Assembly: GCA_031416075.1 (NCBI GenBank) | Contig: JANOSY010000027.1 | Span: 1-43,945, forward strand | From: Candidatus Tenderia sp. | GTDB lineage: Bacteria; Pseudomonadota; Gammaproteobacteria; Tenderiales; Tenderiaceae | DNA: 43,945 nucleotides | Reading direction: 5' to 3' | In this document: positions 20,081 through 29,997 of the stretch, in pieces | Layout of the letters: each line of letters starts with the position of its first letter | Position numbering within the stretch: the first letter of the stretch is position 1 | Notes under the pieces: model-generated | The model's input: the letters and a program-made list of their open reading frames with translations, nothing else | Told to the model about the DNA's origin: nothing | The model's database searches: none | Program-made: the position numbers and the translations under genes

Positions 20081-23000
20081 ATGTTTCTTAAAAGTTTTGT
20101 CTTCGTCAACTGGGGTAACATCCCCAGCCTCGAGTTTGAATTTGGTCCGGTAAATCTTTTCTCTGGTGGTAACGGTTCAGGCAAGACCACGGCGGCCGAT
20201 GCGATTCAGACCATCATGACCGCAGCGCACGAAAATCTGTTCCAGTACAACCCCGGGCAAGATGAGACAACGCAGCGCGGTCGTGGTGGTAAACGGGTAC
20301 GTACACTCTCTTCATACGTACTGGGTTGTGACGACGGCAGCTATGCGCGGCTTGATCCTACGGATGGTTATCTGGTGGCGGTATTTCATCCTACTGAAGA
20401 TGAGACGGCTGATCCTTTCACTGCCATTATTGCCGTACGTGCCTGGCTCGATCTCTCCGGTAGTAACAGCGTGGCGCGTCAAGACGATGCAATCTTTTTT
20501 ATTCTGCCCGGTGAACAGCTGTCGCTGAAACATTTTGTGCGTGAAGACAAAGTGGGTAAATATGTAACGCCACTTGATGAGCTACAAACGCTGTTGATCG
20601 CAGAGTTTGGCAAACGCGCCGTTGAAAAATACGATACCAAACGCGCCTATCTGCGTCGTCTTTATGGAGCCTTGCGCGGCTTGCGCGATGCGGTGGCGGA
20701 GCAGGAGGCGATGGCAGCAGCACGGGCCTTTTCACGCTTCATGGCCTACAAGCCGGTGCAGAGTATTAACAAGTTTGTCTCTGAAGAGATTCTGGAACGT
20801 AAAGATCTGGGTGAGGCCATTCGCTCCATCTCCAGTCAGCTTAAAACCATTCACGCCATGGAGCGCGATGCGGCGAAGCTGAAAGATTCAATCACCGTTC
20901 TTGAACAGGCGCGGCAGCAGGGTCAGCGCTACATCGAGCAGTGGATCGATCTCAATACCCTCGACTATACCTTGGCGCAACACGGCTATCAGCAGCGCCA
21001 GCAGGAGTATCTGAGTGCCAAAAAATTGCAGGAGGAGTTGCGTCGCAATCTCAAGGATAGCGATGAGGAGCTGGCCCTCAGCAAACAGCGTAGTGAACAG
21101 GTACACGATCAGCTGGTGACGCTGGAGGCGCAACGTATCGGCGTGCCGGCATTGCAGCAGAAGGATGAGCTGGAGACACGGCTGCGGAAAGAGGAAGGGG
21201 TGCTGGTCGAACAGGCCAAATTATTGCTGATTCAAGACAACACATTACAAAATAATATTCAGTTTAGCAGTCAGATTAAAAGTGATCTGCTCGCCGCTGA
21301 CTTGATCGAAGATCTGCCACAAGTTGCCGACCTTAAAACGGCATCACTCTGCAAACAGCTGCTGGAGCAGGGTAAACGTGGCGAGATCAACTTTCAGTCG
21401 ATGTTGCAGCGTGATATGACCAACGACCTTGCCGCGCTGGAGCTCCATCTCGATCAAGCCCGTACCATTCAGCAGCTGCACAACCAGTGGCATGACCACT
21501 GGCACAGCGCTGATTTACAGGGCGGTGTGACACTGCGTGATCAGCTGGCGCGCCTGGCGCACAGCCGTGAGCGCAGCTACAGTGACCTTGATGAACAGTA
21601 CCGCAGTAAACGCCGCGAGATCGAACGGCTTGAGTCTCATCAGGTCAGTTATCCGGGGTATGTCGAGCGCGCTATTGCTGAGATCAGACGCCACTGCCCT
21701 CAGGCTGATCCACGTGTGCTCTGTGATCATATCGAAGTGAAAGATGCACAGTGGCAGTCGGCCATCGAAGGTTATCTGGGAGGCGCACGTTTCTCTATTC
21801 TTGTCGAAGCGGCCCATGAGGCTGAGGCGATTCGCATCGTCAGGCGGATGCCAGGGCGCGATAATAAAGCACGTATCATCCAGGGTGAAAAGGCGCGGCA
21901 AGATGCCGAGCGCATGAGTGTTGATAGTGACTCTATCCTTCATGTATTGGAGTTCAGCCATGCCGTTGCCCGTCACTATGTGATGGCCAGTTACGGCACT
22001 GTCTTGCGGGTGAAGGATGCTGAGCAGTTACGCCATACCCGCCGTGGGTTGATAGCTGACGGCATGGCCTCTGGTAACTACAGCATGTGGCGCTGTGATC
22101 TGCCCGACAGCGAGTTGGTGTTTGGTATTGCCGCCCGTGAACGGGCGCTCAAGGCAAAACTGCAGGAGCTGGAGACTATTCAGGTCAAACGTAATAGCGC
22201 CAGTGAACGGATGCAGCGTGGTGCTGTATTGATTAAGGCGGTAGATGGCCTGGTACCATTACGTTATGCCGATGTTATCACCACACTGCTAGCAACACGG
22301 CGTGAGCTGCAAACCCTTGAAGCGCTTTTGGAGCAGCTTGATCTTACCGAATTTGAGGCCCTTGAAGAGCGACTCACACAGCTGCGTGATGACGAGAAAA
22401 AGTGGCGCAATCGTGAGCACGAGCTGATTTTATCCATGGGGCAATTCACAGAAAAATTGAGCGATACCGACAGACGTTGTCATGATCTGAGTGAAAAACA
22501 GGAGAAAAATCGCGCTGCGGTGGATGAGTGGGAAAATACGTTACGCACACTTGCGGCGGTCTGGCCCGATTTTGAGGTTGATATCCGACTCAATCACGCT
22601 GACTACGAGGCGCGTGAGTTGAATCTTGAATTTGCCGCACAGCAGCGCAAAGAGATTGAGAGTCAACTTCATAGCAGCGAACGGCGCATGGGTGATGCGT
22701 TGCAGACACACAATCAGCAATGTCGTCCCGGTGACTCGGTTATCTACTACGGCTTTGACGGTAATTACGACAGCCGACTCTTCAAGACGATCTGTGGCCT
22801 GCAACTTGATATCGATCGTGTCTATAACATCCTCAAGAACAACATCCTGGTGGAGAAGCACGAACAGTTGATGTTGTTGAAGGATAGCTTTAACAGTGCC
22901 TTTGTCACCAACCTCTGTCACTCCATTCATCAGGCGATCAACGATGGTAAACGTCAGGTCGATCTGCTCAACAAAGAGCTGCAACATCACAAATTTGGTG

Positions 23001-23713
23001 CAGATCGTGAGACCTTCCGTTTTGCCAGTGATTGGATACCGGAGTATCGCGACTACGCCCGCTTCTTTGAAGAGGTAGTGAAGTTCCCAGCGCTGGGTGA
23101 TGATGTCAGTCTGTTTGATGCAGAGCTGTCAGCAAAATCAAAAACAGTACGCGGCCAGGTGATGACCATGCTGCTGGCAGAGGATGAGATCAAGGCCTTT
23201 GCCGATCTTGAACGTATTGCCGATTACCGTAACTACCGTCTCTACGAAATCTATAAAGAGGTTGAAGGTAAACCGCCCATTGCATTGAGTGAATATGGGA
23301 CAGGCTCAGGCGGGCAGCTCGAAACTCCGGCCTATATCATTCGTTCGGCAGCGATCACCTCGGCCTTTAGATTTTCTGAAGGCAGCAGCCATCTGCGTAT
23401 GGTGCTGGTGGATGAGGCCTTTTCTAAAATGGACGAGACCCGCTCACGGGAGGTGATTCACTACCTCACCAATAGCCTTGGCCTACAGCTGCTCTTTATT
23501 ATGCCAACCAGTAAATGTGGTCCCTTTATGGACCTTATAAGCAATGAGTTTATCTTTGCTAAATGCCCGAGTGAAAAACCACGCGGTCAGCTGCTGACAC
23601 GTGTCTTTGTCGATCGCAAAAAATGTAACGAAGAGAAGATAAAAACCCTTTGGGCCAACCATCGGCGCATGGTTTATCAACAGGCCGAACTTGATTTTAT
23701 GGATATGGTGTAA
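20081..23713 (+). CDS. jetC: Wadjet JetC / MksB SMC-family ATPase
   Basis: VNWG start, Walker A GGNGSGKT, long coiled coils with central hinge (AIEGYLG..RF), signature GSGGQ, Walker B LVDEAFSKMD; 1210 aa. Confidence 0.92.
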   Translation: MFLKSFVFVNWGNIPSLEFEFGPVNLFSGGNGSGKTTAADAIQTIMTAAHENLFQYNPGQDETTQRGRGGKRVRTLSSYVLGCDDGSYARLDPTDGYLVAVFHPTEDETADPFTAIIAVRAWLDLSGSNSVARQDDAIFFILPGEQLSLKHFVREDKVGKYVTPLDELQTLLIAEFGKRAVEKYDTKRAYLRRLYGALRGLRDAVAEQEAMAAARAFSRFMAYKPVQSINKFVSEEILERKDLGEAIRSISSQLKTIHAMERDAAKLKDSITVLEQARQQGQRYIEQWIDLNTLDYTLAQHGYQQRQQEYLSAKKLQEELRRNLKDSDEELALSKQRSEQVHDQLVTLEAQRIGVPALQQKDELETRLRKEEGVLVEQAKLLLIQDNTLQNNIQFSSQIKSDLLAADLIEDLPQVADLKTASLCKQLLEQGKRGEINFQSMLQRDMTNDLAALELHLDQARTIQQLHNQWHDHWHSADLQGGVTLRDQLARLAHSRERSYSDLDEQYRSKRREIERLESHQVSYPGYVERAIAEIRRHCPQADPRVLCDHIEVKDAQWQSAIEGYLGGARFSILVEAAHEAEAIRIVRRMPGRDNKARIIQGEKARQDAERMSVDSDSILHVLEFSHAVARHYVMASYGTVLRVKDAEQLRHTRRGLIADGMASGNYSMWRCDLPDSELVFGIAARERALKAKLQELETIQVKRNSASERMQRGAVLIKAVDGLVPLRYADVITTLLATRRELQTLEALLEQLDLTEFEALEERLTQLRDDEKKWRNREHELILSMGQFTEKLSDTDRRCHDLSEKQEKNRAAVDEWENTLRTLAAVWPDFEVDIRLNHADYEARELNLEFAAQQRKEIESQLHSSERRMGDALQTHNQQCRPGDSVIYYGFDGNYDSRLFKTICGLQLDIDRVYNILKNNILVEKHEQLMLLKDSFNSAFVTNLCHSIHQAINDGKRQVDLLNKELQHHKFGADRETFRFASDWIPEYRDYARFFEEVVKFPALGDDVSLFDAELSAKSKTVRGQVMTMLLAEDEIKAFADLERIADYRNYRLYEIYKEVEGKPPIALSEYGTGSGGQLETPAYIIRSAAITSAFRFSEGSSHLRMVLVDEAFSKMDETRSREVIHYLTNSLGLQLLFIMPTSKCGPFMDLISNEFIFAKCPSEKPRGQLLTRVFVDRKKCNEEKIKTLWANHRRMVYQQAELDFMDMV

Positions 23714-23716
23714 ACA

Positions 23717-24844
23717 GTGATTGAAAAACCACGCTGGCTGGATGATGAGCCAGAGATTGCAGCGCTGTTGCATGCATTTATCGATAAGCTCGATAGAACG
23801 CCTGCTGAGCGCTGGAAAGAGGTGCCGGAGTTAAAACTAACGGCGCTGCTCTGTCCAAAGCTGTTCAGGCAGGATGAGGCAGCGGATAGAAGTTGGATAT
23901 TGCTTAAACAACTTGATCCGCTTGGCTGCTTGTTGATCATCACCAAACCCAGACGAGCCCCGTTTGATCCTGAATACAAAGATGCACGCCTGCTGTTCAA
24001 TCTTGATTTTGAAGAGACGCTGCGGGAGTGGTTGCAGCGGCCACACAAACCATCATTGCAGCGTGAATGGCAGGAGACTGTGATACAACGCGCCCATCAC
24101 TTCCCTGGTGAGGTGTTGCTGTTGCAGATACGCCCTATTATGGTTTCCGGCCGTTCGGAGGTGGAGATCCTTGAAGGGTTTGTGGCTATCTCGCACTATC
24201 AATCACAACGATTGACGCTGACACAGCTGAGCGCCCGCTGTTTCTGGGGGCAATCAAAATTTCTTGATGGCAGAGAAGATTTGATCACGGCGCTCTATCC
24301 CGATATTCAGCTTACACCGCGTCAGATTATCATCAATGTCTATCTGCCTGCGCGGATCGATGGTGTTCTGATGATTGAAAATCAGGACAGTTATTGTAGT
24401 GCCATCGATGGTAGACCAGCGACAGCGGCTAATTTGGCGCTGGTCTACTGTGCCGGTTTTCGTGGCAGTGCACAACGCATCCGCAGTCGTGAAGGGGTTA
24501 GTTTTCACTATCAAGGTGAATGCAGTCGCCAGTCTGAATTTGAGGAGTGGTGGTTTGGTGATGTACCTAGCAGCTATCCACTCTACTTCTGGGGCGATCT
24601 CGACTATAGCGGCATGGCCATTCTCAAGGCACTACGACAACGTTTTGAAACGATAGCGGCGTGGCAGCCGGGCTATGAACCGATGTTGCAACAGCTGCAC
24701 GAAGGGCATGGCCACACTGCGCTGCAGAGCAATAAGGAGGAGCAAATCGATCCGCGCGAAACAGGGGCTGATTATGCGGATACTACGCTGTTACCGGCAT
24801 TACGCTCGGCTGATCTGTTTGTGGATCAGGAGACAGTATTTTGA
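23717..24844 (+). CDS. jetD: Wadjet JetD / MksG TOPRIM nuclease
   Basis: QLSARCFWGQSKFL, MIENQDSY (TOPRIM Glu), WGDLDYSG (DxD), terminal DQE; 3 nt after jetC. Confidence 0.9.
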   Translation: MIEKPRWLDDEPEIAALLHAFIDKLDRTPAERWKEVPELKLTALLCPKLFRQDEAADRSWILLKQLDPLGCLLIITKPRRAPFDPEYKDARLLFNLDFEETLREWLQRPHKPSLQREWQETVIQRAHHFPGEVLLLQIRPIMVSGRSEVEILEGFVAISHYQSQRLTLTQLSARCFWGQSKFLDGREDLITALYPDIQLTPRQIIINVYLPARIDGVLMIENQDSYCSAIDGRPATAANLALVYCAGFRGSAQRIRSREGVSFHYQGECSRQSEFEEWWFGDVPSSYPLYFWGDLDYSGMAILKALRQRFETIAAWQPGYEPMLQQLHEGHGHTALQSNKEEQIDPRETGADYADTTLLPALRSADLFVDQETVF

Positions 24845-24886
24845 TATTGGCAGATCTGCCCAATTGTCAGTGGGCAAAGGCATGCA

Positions 24887-25738
24887 ATGGTCGATAGCCA
24901 TAAAGGCATTATTCTCTCCCTGCTAGGTTTCAGCTTGCTCTCCTTTGGCGATGCCACTATTAAGTATCTAAGCAGTTACTACACCACCTATTCGCTGGTG
25001 CTCTATAACTCCCTGTTTGGGTTGCTGGTGCTGTTACTGTTGTCGCCGTGGTTGGGGGGTATCAAAAACACGCTGAAAGATAGCCGTATCACGTGGCACT
25101 TGTTGCGTGGTGCGTTGGTCTTTGTGCAACTGTCGCTGATTGTTTACAGCTTTAGCCATCTACCCTTGGCTAAGGCGTATGCCATCGCATTTGTTGCGCC
25201 ACTATTTTCTGCATTGCTGGCGATTCCGTTGTTAAGGGACCGTCTTAGCTGGCACCATGTGATAGGTATGGGGGTAGGTTTTCTGGGTGTGCTTACTGTT
25301 TTGCGTCCGGGCATTATACCTATGGAGCTGGCTTCTATTGCGGCACTGCTATCGGCACTGTTTTTCTCATTGGTTAACATTACTGCGCGCCACATGCGTA
25401 GTAGTACTCATACGTTAATGTCGTGGTCGTTTTATCCTCATCTGGTCATTATTGCCATATCGTTACTGATTTTTAATGCAGAGCTGCAGTGGCTGCGTCA
25501 GGCAGATGTTGGGTATTTACTGCTCATGGGGGCTGTTTCGGCGCTGGGTGGAATCTGTCTGGCCCGAGCCTTTGCTTATGCCAATACCGCGACAGCGGCC
25601 TCGTTTCACTACGTGCAGATGCTTTGGGGTGTGGGATTAGGTTACTTTATTTTTGGAGAGGTGATCGATTTTTGGACGGCCATAGGTGCAGTGGTGATTA
25701 TTGTCAGTGGTATATGGCTGATCAGGATGGAGCGTTAA
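24887..25738 (+). CDS. DMT/EamA family transporter
   Basis: About 10 TM helices in two EamA repeats; LPLAKAYAIAFVAPLF, VLRPG, GYFIFGE. Confidence 0.9.
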   Translation: MVDSHKGIILSLLGFSLLSFGDATIKYLSSYYTTYSLVLYNSLFGLLVLLLLSPWLGGIKNTLKDSRITWHLLRGALVFVQLSLIVYSFSHLPLAKAYAIAFVAPLFSALLAIPLLRDRLSWHHVIGMGVGFLGVLTVLRPGIIPMELASIAALLSALFFSLVNITARHMRSSTHTLMSWSFYPHLVIIAISLLIFNAELQWLRQADVGYLLLMGAVSALGGICLARAFAYANTATAASFHYVQMLWGVGLGYFIFGEVIDFWTAIGAVVIIVSGIWLIRMER

Positions 25739-26086
25739 CGTATTTGTGGTTAGTGTGGTGTTATGTATTGGAGAGTCTTTTTACAATTTCATCAAGCCCA
25801 TTTTTAGCGGAGAAGACATATGATGGTAATAAATCATGTGTATATTCCGTCGTTTCAGATGGCAGAGCTAAAGGTGTGTTTCTGCTTGAGTGACTCTCCT
25901 TTGCCCATGATAGTTAATGGATTTCAGATGTGGAGAGGGCCGGTTTGTTACATTTATTAACATAATTAGCTGTTTATAAGTATAATAGCAGCCCTAAAAA
26001 ATTCAGAATGCTCAGTCAGGGATGTAAGCATTGTTTCTTGTTTGGCTAAGTGACAAGCCCTGTTTTGTGATGTGAGTCCTATCAGA

Positions 26087-28321
26087 ATGATTGAAGTTGT
26101 TAAGTCTGTTGTTAGTACCCCTACTGCTGTTGCGCCTGCCACCATTAATGAAACCCACTGGAAACCAGAACGGGAGATTTTTCTTGGCTGGTGCGGCATG
26201 GTTTTTACTCTTATTGCCAGTACTGTGGTTGTTTGGGAGCAGTCTGTCCTAATTAATCAGCAGATTGATAGTGCGCGCTGGGGGGATGTAGTGATGCATC
26301 TGTCATTTGCGCTGATTGTTGTTGCGTTGATATATGGCAGCCTGGTTTATCAGGTGACCCGTTTGGGGTATCTGAAACGTCGTCAGCAGCACCGCCCCGT
26401 TCACGATGATCTGCTCAACTCCACTTTTATGGAGCGTAACAGTGTTGAGCCGCTGGCCCTCCTGGTGCCTTCATATAAGGAAGAGCGCCGTATTATTTTT
26501 CAAACATTAATGTCGGCAGCACTTCAGGAGTATCCCAATCGTCGAGTTGTATTGTTGATTGATAACCCACCCATGCCCAAAGATATGGTTGATGTTGCGT
26601 TATTGGCTGAAGCACGGGCACTGCCGCAGCAGATCACTGCCATGTTGAAAAAAGCAGGGGCGTGTTATCAAACAGCGCTGGTTGACTTTTTGGCGCGTAA
26701 AGGGGATGGTCCCCTGAATTTTTCAGCAGAGGTGACAGTCCTAGTACAGCTATGGTGTCAGGCCGCTGAGTGGTTTGAAGTGCAGGCACGTGAATATGCC
26801 ATCAATGACCATACGGATTTTTTGTATGTAGACAAAGTGTTGAAAGGGCGTGCTGTCAGCCACAGGCGGCAGGCGCAACATCTGCGGGAGAGTTTTGACA
26901 ATAGCCATCCTCTATCAGAAGCGGTTATTGCCAGCCATTATTACAAGCTGGTCGCACTATTTGATTGCGAAGTAAGCAGTTTTGAGCGTAAGCGCTATGA
27001 AAATTTATCACACGAACCGAATAAAGCGATGAATCTCAATAGCTATATAGGGTTGGTAGGACGATGTTTTAGTGAACGAAAAACGGAACAGGCACTATTT
27101 CTTGACGAGGTGGTGAAAGAGAAGGCTGAGCTGACATTTCCCACTTGTCGCTATTTTGTTACGCTGGATGCAGACAGTATTTTATTGCCGGAGTATGCGT
27201 TACGCCTGATTCACGTTATGGAACAGCCAGGTAATGAACGTATTGCGGTGGCACAAACACCGTATAGCGCTATCCCCGGCTCTCCTTCTGAGCTTGAGCG
27301 TATTGCCGGCGCGACGACTGACATGCAGTATATTATTCATCAGGGATTTACCCACCACAACGCAACCTATTGGGTGGGTGCTAACGCGTTGTTGCGTTAT
27401 GAAGCGCTACAGGAGATTGTGATCACTACGGAAGAACGTGGTTATCCGGTGCAGCGTTTTATTCAGGACCGTACAGTAATAGAAGATACTGAATCCAGTG
27501 TTGATCTGGCCATGCGTGGTTGGACGTTGTACAACTATCCAGAGCGCTTGGCATACAGCGCTACTCCTCCTGATTTTGGTTCGCTGCTTATTCAGCGGCG
27601 GCGCTGGGCTAATGGCGGCTTGATTATATTGCCAAAACTATTGCGTTATTTAGCAAAAGCACCTCATCGTAAAATGACAGAGGGGCTGTTGCGAGTTCAC
27701 TACCTGATCTCGATAGCGGCTGTAAATATTGGGCTGCTTATTCTGTTGGCATTCCCCTTTTCCAGTAGCATTAACAGTATCTGGCTACCACTGAGTGCAT
27801 TGCCCTACTTCTTTCTTTATGGTCGCGATATGGTGTTATGTGGTTATAAAGCATCTGATTTATTACGTGTGTATGCACTCAATCTATTGATGATTCCCGT
27901 CAATCTGGGCGGCGTCCTGAAATCGATTCAACAAGGCATTACCGGAAAACAGATCCCCTTTGGGCGTACGCCTAAGGTTGAAGGACGTACGGCAGCGGCA
28001 CCACTATACGTTCTCGCTGCTTATCTGCTTTTTGCACAATGGGTTACGGGTGCTGCATTTGATGTTTATGAAGGGCATATTGCACACGCGATTTTTGCTG
28101 CATTAAATGCAACACTGTTATTGTATGGTATTCGTGTATTTATTGGCTATAAAGAGAGCTGCCAGGATCTGTTTTCCGCCAGACTAAAAGTATCATCACC
28201 GACAGTACGGATCATTCGGGTCTCGCAAAATAATGATGTCTCTGTTGTTGATGTGAATCTTGATAGCATGGCTGTTAATGAGGCGACGGGTAATGTAAGA
28301 GTGGCTTCAAAAAATGGCTGA
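26087..28321 (+). CDS. Processive GT2 glycosyltransferase (cellulose-synthase-like)
   Basis: Two N-terminal TM helices; VPSYKE, LLID, KAMNLN, TLDADS, AQTPY, VIEDT, QRRRW; C-terminal TM helices. Start could be GTG 26072 or ATG 26087. Confidence 0.9.
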   Translation: MIEVVKSVVSTPTAVAPATINETHWKPEREIFLGWCGMVFTLIASTVVVWEQSVLINQQIDSARWGDVVMHLSFALIVVALIYGSLVYQVTRLGYLKRRQQHRPVHDDLLNSTFMERNSVEPLALLVPSYKEERRIIFQTLMSAALQEYPNRRVVLLIDNPPMPKDMVDVALLAEARALPQQITAMLKKAGACYQTALVDFLARKGDGPLNFSAEVTVLVQLWCQAAEWFEVQAREYAINDHTDFLYVDKVLKGRAVSHRRQAQHLRESFDNSHPLSEAVIASHYYKLVALFDCEVSSFERKRYENLSHEPNKAMNLNSYIGLVGRCFSERKTEQALFLDEVVKEKAELTFPTCRYFVTLDADSILLPEYALRLIHVMEQPGNERIAVAQTPYSAIPGSPSELERIAGATTDMQYIIHQGFTHHNATYWVGANALLRYEALQEIVITTEERGYPVQRFIQDRTVIEDTESSVDLAMRGWTLYNYPERLAYSATPPDFGSLLIQRRRWANGGLIILPKLLRYLAKAPHRKMTEGLLRVHYLISIAAVNIGLLILLAFPFSSSINSIWLPLSALPYFFLYGRDMVLCGYKASDLLRVYALNLLMIPVNLGGVLKSIQQGITGKQIPFGRTPKVEGRTAAAPLYVLAAYLLFAQWVTGAAFDVYEGHIAHAIFAALNATLLLYGIRVFIGYKESCQDLFSARLKVSSPTVRIIRVSQNNDVSVVDVNLDSMAVNEATGNVRVASKNG

Positions 28322-28395
28322 TACAGAGTAATGATTGCTGTGTTAAGAAGGGATGGATTCTACATGGCCTGTTTAGCGAATGGGCTGTTATCAAA

Positions 28396-29910
28396 ATGAG
28401 ATGTATGAAGGTATATAGGTTTTGTTCTGTGCTTTTTTTCGCTGCGGTCATTTCTAATGCCTCTCTGGCAGATGGTCAGGCGTATGATGTTGATAGCGAG
28501 GTTAAAAAAGCCGCCGACCTTTGTGATAAGGGTGACTACTCATCAGGGTCTAAAATATATATTAAATTGTTATACGAAGGGTTGGCCAGTTTGTTACCCA
28601 TGGAGCGCTTTAATCTAATTAAAGTATTGGCTGAGTGTGATAGACCGTTGTTGGCCATTGATGAACTGAAGCGACTCTTGAAGAGTGAGCCACAGGTTGT
28701 TGAGGCAGAGCTTCTGTTGGCCAAGCTGCTCTCCTGGAATGGGTATCTTTTAGAGGCAGAGGCTGTAGCAAAAAACATTCTTTCCTCTTCTCCAAAACAT
28801 TATGAGGCACGACTGGTATGGGCAAACGCTGCTAATTGGCGTGGTGATTACGCGAGTGCATTGCCGCTCTACAGGGGTGTTTTGAGTGAAAAAGAGAATT
28901 TTGATGCCCGTTTGAATTACACCTATGCGTTGCTGGCGACTGCCGATTATCATGAGGCTAAAATTAGCCACTGGTGGTTATATGCCGGTAGTAAATCAAA
29001 CAAACATACAGTATTTGATGTCAATCAGGCGCTTATTGACCAGTCTAAAGAAAGCATCTCCTGGAAAACTGAATATCTGGCGGAGCAGGGAGATAGTCGA
29101 CGTTTGAATCAGCGGCTGTCGTTTAATGTCCCCTTCAATTTTTCTAACTTGTCAGTCACTCTTCGTCATCAGCAAACCTCAGCGCCTTGGGTTGTGGATG
29201 TGCAGGCACTGGATGAAATGAAGGTGGCCGGAAATTGGCGACTGAACAGTGGTTGGAAGGTGTCTGGAGAGCTGGGACGGGTTGTTGCCACAACTCAAAA
29301 CGAGAGCCATTTAAATGCTGAGATAGGAAGTTTATTGCAGATGAACCGCTGGCTCTGGAATGTGACACTACGCAGTGAACTCTTTGATAGCAGTGCTGCT
29401 ATTCTCGCTAAAAATATTCAACGCCAGTATGTTTACTCGGACGTTCAGTATACGTTTAATGACTGGTTCCGGATGAATGGCGACTTGCAAGCGACGACTT
29501 ACTCGGATGTTAACCGCTCTTATGAAGGGAGTATTCACTTTCGTTATGCATTGCGTTTACTGAAGCCCCGCATTGAGATTGGTTATAAATATTTTGAACA
29601 GGGTTTTCAATATCAGAAGAGCGATTATTATTCACCCGATAAAAGTAGTTTAGGGCAGTTAACATTAGGTTTTAATGGCTCAAGTGAACAGGTTTATATG
29701 TCCGGCGAGTTTTTTTACGGACGCCAGAAAACATCAATGCAAAACTTTAAGCAGCTGGACAATGTGGCAGGGTTGACGTTGAATCTGAATTACAGTGTGA
29801 GTCAGATGTTGAGTATTAATGGCTCATTGGAAGGAGGGGATTACGCCCTGGGTGTTCCCAATGGTTATTATTACTATATGGCTACTGTTGGTGTCTCTCT
29901 TTTCTTTTAA
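28396..29910 (+). CDS. TPR plus beta-barrel outer-membrane protein (YaiO/PgaA/BcsC-like export protein)
   Basis: Signal peptide (..ASLA), TPR-like helices (LAKLLSWNG, AANWRGDY), C-terminal half of alternating aromatic beta-strands ending in Phe. Confidence 0.75.
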   Translation: MRCMKVYRFCSVLFFAAVISNASLADGQAYDVDSEVKKAADLCDKGDYSSGSKIYIKLLYEGLASLLPMERFNLIKVLAECDRPLLAIDELKRLLKSEPQVVEAELLLAKLLSWNGYLLEAEAVAKNILSSSPKHYEARLVWANAANWRGDYASALPLYRGVLSEKENFDARLNYTYALLATADYHEAKISHWWLYAGSKSNKHTVFDVNQALIDQSKESISWKTEYLAEQGDSRRLNQRLSFNVPFNFSNLSVTLRHQQTSAPWVVDVQALDEMKVAGNWRLNSGWKVSGELGRVVATTQNESHLNAEIGSLLQMNRWLWNVTLRSELFDSSAAILAKNIQRQYVYSDVQYTFNDWFRMNGDLQATTYSDVNRSYEGSIHFRYALRLLKPRIEIGYKYFEQGFQYQKSDYYSPDKSSLGQLTLGFNGSSEQVYMSGEFFYGRQKTSMQNFKQLDNVAGLTLNLNYSVSQMLSINGSLEGGDYALGVPNGYYYYMATVGVSLFF

Positions 29911-29940
29911 CTGTGGCCTTTTAGATTGGAAGATATTTGA

Positions 29941-29980
29941 CTCTCTCCACGAGCGGTATACGTTCCGTTTGTGGAGAGGG
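29941..29980. terminator. Hairpin between convergent genes
   Basis: CTCTCTCCACGAGCGG ... CCGTTTGTGGAGAGGG stem with G-U pairs; no strong U-tract. Confidence 0.5.
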
Positions 29981-29997
29981 TGCCTATTGTTGATATG

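Noticed and set aside
17560-20090. Target-site duplication or IS ends flanking the nested R-M pair
   Set aside because: No convincing direct or inverted repeat was found by eye at the two junctions.
20081-23713. Housekeeping SMC, MukB or SbcC
   Set aside because: Flanking JetA-, JetB- and TOPRIM JetD-like genes and the GSGGQ/DEAF motifs fit Wadjet/Mks; no scpAB, mukEF or sbcD is adjacent.
25820-25960. 46-aa ORF with a GGAG RBS and a TTTCAGATG direct repeat (25853, 25922) upstream of the GT2 gene
   Set aside because: No recognisable protein features; both could arise by chance in an AT-rich promoter region.
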